From the human T2T-CHM13v2.0 reference genome, Homo sapiens, in assembly GCF_009914755.1 (NCBI RefSeq), contig NC_060926.1: a DNA stretch of 64,000 nt; one strand, given 5' to 3'. The notes under the pieces were generated by a model. The model was not told the DNA's origin. It worked only from the letters and a program-made list of their open reading frames with translations, and did not search any database. This document shows, piece after piece, positions 58,657 to 64,000 of the stretch. Each line of letters starts with the position of its first letter. Within the stretch, counting starts at the first letter, position 1. Both the position numbers and the translations under genes were made by a program.

Positions 58657-58999
58657 TCTTTTAACTTCAAACAACTCCGAAGATTGTTTTCCCACAGAAT
58701 TCTAAAGATTTTGTGACTTGTTTGTGAAGCAATTAACTTGGACTTTCAGAAATTTGTTCTAGAACTCTGAGATGTCTTCAGTTTACAAGTCTGTTGCCCT
58801 AGGTGATAGATTCAATCTTTTAAGTCTGTTGATTGTATATACTGGAATATATGTTTAGTGGGTTACAAACCCAATTTATCTTTTTCAATTTAATTTTGTT
58901 TTATATGTTGGGTATGGCTCTGACTACCACTCCTAAGAAAAACATCTTAGGTAAGTTTTCTTTTTCGTTAAAATATTTGACAATGATCTTTCTTTTTAA

Positions 59000-59632
59000 A
59001 AGTTAAGCTTTTTATTTTGAAATAAATGTAAATTAATGTGCAGTTGTAAGAAATAACAGAGAGAGCTCATGTTCTCTTCCTTATTCAGCTTTCTTCAATA
59101 GTAACATCTTTCAAAACTGTAGTACAATTTCACAACCAGGATATTGACATTATACAGTTAAGACCTAGACATTTCCACAAGGACCTCTAATATCCTTTTA
59201 TAATCTCACCATTTCCTTCCTGCCCCCATCCCCTATTAATGTCTGGTAACCACTAATCTGTTCATTTTTTATAATTTTGTCATTTCAAGAATGTTATATA
59301 AATGGAATCATACAGTGTGTAACATTTTGGGATTGTCTTTTTTTTACTCAGCATAAATCTCTAAAAATTCATCCAGGTTGTTGTATATATAAATAGTTTA
59401 TTCCTTTTTATTGCTGAGTATTATTCCATTGTATGGATGTACCAAAGTTTATTCACCAGTTAAAGGACATCTGGGTTGTGTTCCAGTTTGGAGCTATTAT
59501 GAATAAGGCTGCTATGAACATTGTATATAGGTATTTTTATGAACATGTAAGTCTTAATTTCCCTGGAATAAATGCTCAAGAGTGCAATTGGTGGGTCATA
59601 GGGTAGTTGCATGTATAGTTTTTTTAAAGAAA
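59000..59632 (-). mobile_element. L1MB-type 3' fragment
   Basis: Antisense L1 3' UTR; ORF 59460..59693 has PYDPPIALL. Confidence 0.8.
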
Positions 59633-59660
59633 CTGAATAAAAGGCAAGATGGTTTACTAG

Positions 59661-59903
59661 GAGAACACATGGACACAGGAAGGGGAACATCACACTCTGG
59701 GGACTGTTGTGGGGTGGGGGGAGGAGGGAGGGATAGCTTTAGGAGATATACCTAAAGCTAAATGATGATTTAATGGGTGCAGCACACCAGCATGGCACAT
59801 GTATACATATGTAACTAACCTGCACATTGTGCACATGTACCCTAAAACTTAAAGTATAATAATAATAAAATAAAAAAAAAGAAAAATAAAAAAATAAAAA
59901 AAA
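59661..59903 (+). mobile_element. L1PA (PA3-like) 3' end, heavily truncated
   Basis: gagaacacatggacacagga...gtaccctaaaacttaaagtataata + A-rich tail. Confidence 0.88.
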
Positions 59904-61370
59904 GAAACTATCAACAGAGTAAACAGACAACCTACGGAATGGGAGAAAATATTCACAAACTACGAGTCTGACAAAGGACTAATATCCACAACCTATAAGG
60001 AATGTAAACAATTGAACAAACAAAAAACAATCTCATAAAAAGTGAGGAAAAGACATGAATAGACACTTCTCAAAAGAAGACATACAAGCAGCAAACATAT
60101 TTAAAAATGCTCAGCATCACTAATCATCAGAGAAATGCAAATCAAAGCCACAATGAGACACCATCTTACACCAGTCAGAATGGCTATTATTAAAATGTCA
60201 GAAAACAATAGATGTTGGCAAGGCTGCAGAGAAAAGAGAATGCTTACACACTATTAGTGGGAATGTAAATTAGTTCAGCCGCTGTGGAAAGCACTTTAGG
60301 AATTTCTCAAAGAACTGAAAATAGAACTACAATTTCAGCCAGCAGTCCCATTACCAGTTATATATCCAAAGAAAAATAAATTGTTCTACCAAAAAGACAT
60401 ATGCATTTGTATGTTCATTGCAGCACCATTCACAATAGCAAAGACATGGAGTCAACCTAGGTGCCCATCAACAATGGACTGGATAAAGAAAATGTGGTAC
60501 ATACACACTATGGAATACTATGTAGCCGTAACAAAATGAAATCATGTCCTTTGCAGCAACATGGATGCAGCTGGAGGCCAAAATATACAAAATTGTAGGC
60601 TATAAAACAGTTTCAGTTTTAAAGGATTCAAATCATAGATATGTTTTCTGACCAAGTAGAATTAAATTACAGTCATTTCTAGAAAATCTTCAAATGTTAG
60701 GAAACTAAAGACATTTCTGAGTAACCGATCCATCAAAGAACAAATCGAAAGATAAATAAGAATGTGTTTTGAACTGAATGAAAATAAAAACATAAGTCAA
60801 TATTTATGGGATAAATTTAAAGCAGTACTTAGAAATTTATAATAATATATGTAATAAAAAAGAAATATCTCAAATTGTTTACCTCAGGCTCCACCTTAAG
60901 AAAATAGCAAAAGAAGAACAAATTATTCATAAATTCTTCTAGAATACTGAAGGGGGGAGAATATTTCCCAACTCATTCTACAATACCAACTTTACCAAAA
61001 CTAGTAACAACATTACAAGAAAGCTACAGACCTATATTTCTCATGACTATGTGTGAAAAACTTCTCATAAAATTTAGCAAATGAACCCAACAATATATGA
61101 AAAGGATAAATACATTATAACCAAGTAGGGTTGATCCTAGGAACGTAAAGTTGGTTTAACAATAAAAATATCTGTGCATTAATATTTTATTATACTAATA
61201 TACTAAAAAACATATGATCATATCAGTAATTTCAGAAACAGCATCTGACAAAATCCAGCACCTATTATTCATCAAATCTCTCAGCAAACTAGGACTAGAA
61301 GAGACTTTCTTAAACCTAATGAAGAATGTCTATGAAAACCCTATAACTAACATCAAACATAATGGTGTAG
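59904..61370 (+). mobile_element. Older L1 ORF2 fragments
   Basis: cagagtaaacagacaacctacggaatgggag; atcagagaaatgcaaatcaaagccacaatgagac. Confidence 0.8.
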
Positions 61371-61979
61371 TGATGGAAACATTCTAGTTCTTGATAATGG
61401 GTGACGATTACACAAAAATACACATTTGTCAAAACTCATTGAACTGTCCACATAAAATTGGGTATAAGTTTCTCTAGGAAGAGTATTGGCCAGAATTCTG
61501 CCCACTAAGTGAAATAATGAAATCAATTTTTGGATCTGCATAGCTGGCCCTTGGGCTAAACAGCCATAGTGGCCCAGCTGATACCATCAGGTTTCATCTG
61601 CTGAACCATCTGTGAACCTGGTCCAGATATTTAGGGGAAACTGTGAATCCAGGGCCCCAACTGAACCAGTGGCTTTGTTTTTGGTGGCAGAATAAAGAAA
61701 AATGTATTGCCTAAATTAATGGCTGCCAATTTTTTTTGCAAAACCAAAATGATGCTAGGACCAGGTCAGATGCACCCCTAAACACACTATTACCATTTGG
61801 CTAGCAAGGCCTGTTGGTTTAGGCCCCTTTCAAAGCATGCTAAATAAAGGACTAAGTAGAATCCCAAAGTGAAGTACATATGGTCTTTCACACTCAAAAA
61901 AATTAAAAACTAGTAGGGGATCAAAGAGATAGTTTTTTCTTTGATTGCCAAAGGAATTGAGTGTTGTGAATCTGCCCAT

Positions 61980-61981
<2 letters not shown>

Positions 61982-62030
<49 letters not shown>

Positions 62031-62243
62031 AGACAGAGTCTTGCTCTGTTGCCCAGGCTGGAGCACAGTGGTGGAATCTCGGCTCACTGCAGCCTCAGTC
62101 TCCCAGGTTCAAGCCATTCTCCTGCCTCAGCCTCCTGAGTAGCTGGGACCACAGGTGTGTACCACCACGCCTGGCTAATTTTTGTATTTTTAGTAGAGAC
62201 ACAGTTTCCCCATGTTGGCCAGGCTGGTCTCGAACTCCTGACC
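61982..62243 (-). mobile_element. 5'-truncated Alu with T48 tail
   Basis: Ends at gaactcctgacct; no TSD seen. Confidence 0.9.
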
Positions 62244-62730
62244 TGGCAAGCAGGTCCTTGAATTTGTCAGGGTTTGTCAGCCACTCCTGTTGGTAGAGGT
62301 GTAATAACACCATAGTCAGGGCCACTGAAATTGAGGATTTTGACTTGCCAACCAACAGGGCATCACCTGTATCTTTGAGCAAAACTTACTGTCTGGGAGA
62401 AAGGTAACATGATCTTACACATAGGGCACTCAGCCAATTCAATATATAGTCATGTGCCATATAAAGACCTTTTGGTCAACAACAGACTACATGATATTGT
62501 TTGTCTCTATGTCCCCACCCAAATCTCATATCAAATTGTAATAACAGAGGGCAGAGGCACTCACTTAAATCCGGATCCACCCACCTGTGGCAAATGGCAA
62601 GGACTCCTCTACATGTGGCAGTGCCCTGAATGGGAAAATTTCCCTTGACACTTTATGAGCATTCACAGTACAAGTGTGTAACACATCGATTTCATTACAC
62701 ACCCTTAACAATAGATGCTATAACAGCAGT

Positions 62731-63421
62731 ATTCATGTGCCAATTAACAATGTGAATACACTGAGAAACGTGTTATCAGATGATTTTGTCATTGTGTAAG
62801 CATCATAGTATGTACTTATATAAACCTAGATGGTGTGGCCTACTACACACCTATGCTATAGGATCTAGCCTATTGCTACTAGGCTACAAACCTGTACATC
62901 ATGTTACTGGACTAAATACTGTAGACAGTTGAAGCACAATGGTAAATATTTGTGTATCTAAACACAGAAAAGGTACAGTAAAATATGATATTATGGTCTT
63001 ATGGTACTGCCGTCACATATTCAGTGTATTAGTTTGTTTTCACACTGCTCTAAAGAACTGAGACTGGGTAATTTACAAGGAAAAAAGGTTTAATTGACTC
63101 ACAGTTCTGCATGGTTGAGGAGGCCTCAGGAAACTTACAGTCAAGGTGGAGGGGAAAAAGAGAAGCAAGCACCTTCTTTACAAGGCAGCAGGAGAGAGTG
63201 GGTGAGTGAAGGGGAAGTGCCACACTTTTAAACCAGCTGGTCTCACTCACTATCAGGAGAACAGCACGGGGGAAATCGCTCCCATAATCCAATTGCCTCC
63301 CACAAGGCCCCTCCCTTGACATATGGGGATTATAATTCGAGATGAGATTTGGGTGGGGGCACAGAACCAGACCATATCATGTGGTCTGTTGACCAAAATG
63401 TCATTATGTGGCACATGACTA
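62731..63421 (-). mobile_element. Tigger3/MER7-type DNA transposon interrupted by THE1D
   Basis: ctaggctacaaacctgtaca, gaaaaggtacagtaaaatat, terminal gtcattatgtggcacatgacta. Confidence 0.82.
63025..63379 (-). mobile_element. THE1D-like MaLR solo LTR
   Basis: tgtattagtttgttttcacactgct...gatttgggtgggggcacagaaccagaccatatca. Confidence 0.9.
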
Positions 63422-64000
63422 TATATTGAATTGGCAGAGAGCCCTATGCATAAGATCACTTTAACTTTCTCCCCACAGTAAGTTTTGCTTAAACCATATT
63501 AATTGATTTCAGGTTTTTGTGGAGATTTTTTTTCCCCCCTACCAGAACACAGACTCACCTGCGTATGGGGGTGGGCGGGGAAGGGGTGGGGCACAGATGC
63601 TCCAACAGCTGTCAGGAGTTTAACCTTATTTTCAGACTAGGTGCGTAGGGAGAGCAAGGGAGCAAGAGGGCCTCACCTACGGGATAAAGCTGGAGTAATA
63701 GGAAGGCTTTTTTTTTTTTTTTCTATTTCACCTCATGTCAGGATTGGTACTACCTCCTCCCGTGTACCTCCCTGCCTCCGGAAAGCTCCCAGACACAGGG
63801 AATTTTTTCTTTCTGGCACATGCTGCTATAGCTCTACCTGGGAGCCTTTGGTGCCTATGTCTAACAGAACCATAAAACTTTGTGTCCTTCCCCTGCCTGA
63901 AGTTCCCCAATGTACTGGGCCTTTTCCTTAAAGCAGCTGAGGTCATCCCCTTCTTCCCCACCTCCCCACCACTAAGGGAGAGTGAGCAACAAACAAAGCA

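Larger units (their letters stand above)
62378..63489. repeat. Inverted repeat, about 165-bp arms (62378-62542 and 63329-63489), about 85% identical
   Basis: Hand alignment; also visible as near-identical ORF translations 62409+ and 63459-. Confidence 0.92.

Noticed and set aside
62409-63459. Two similar ORFs on opposite strands as a duplicated small gene
   Set aside because: The similarity comes from the inverted duplication of transposon junction DNA; no coding evidence

Overview
Primate, almost certainly human, genomic DNA (chr2q33 by gene content) with two convergent multi-exon genes. (1) STRADB (ALS2CR2), + strand: all 11 coding exons can be traced from ATG 1624 to TAG 26953. They join through GT-AG introns into a 1257-nt CDS (418-aa STE20-related pseudokinase ending in the MO25-binding WEF motif), with AATAAA at 27604. 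Non-coding exon 1 is not recognisable in the window and presumably lies upstream. (2) The 3' end of C2CD6 (ALS2CR11/CATSPERT), - strand: a 75-nt exon (42747-42673), a probable alternative terminal exon (42310-42239), a 3591-nt in-frame cassette exon (41537-37947) and the last exon (34680-34390). The rest is intron or intergenic DNA packed with Alu, L1, L2, L3/CR1, MaLR/ERVL LTRs and DNA-transposon relics, and most short ORFs in the track are repeat-derived noise. I see no new self-contained biological system. The best leads are: internal repeat architecture in the C2CD6 giant exon, three competing acceptors controlling the STRADB WEF tail, a uORF abutting the weak STRADB start, an Alu-flanked stop-free exon 8-10 circle, a candidate 78-nt in-frame C2CD6 exon, and an old inversion with an inverted duplication at 62.4-63.5 kb. 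Gene and repeat-family names come from my recall of these sequences, not from a database search.
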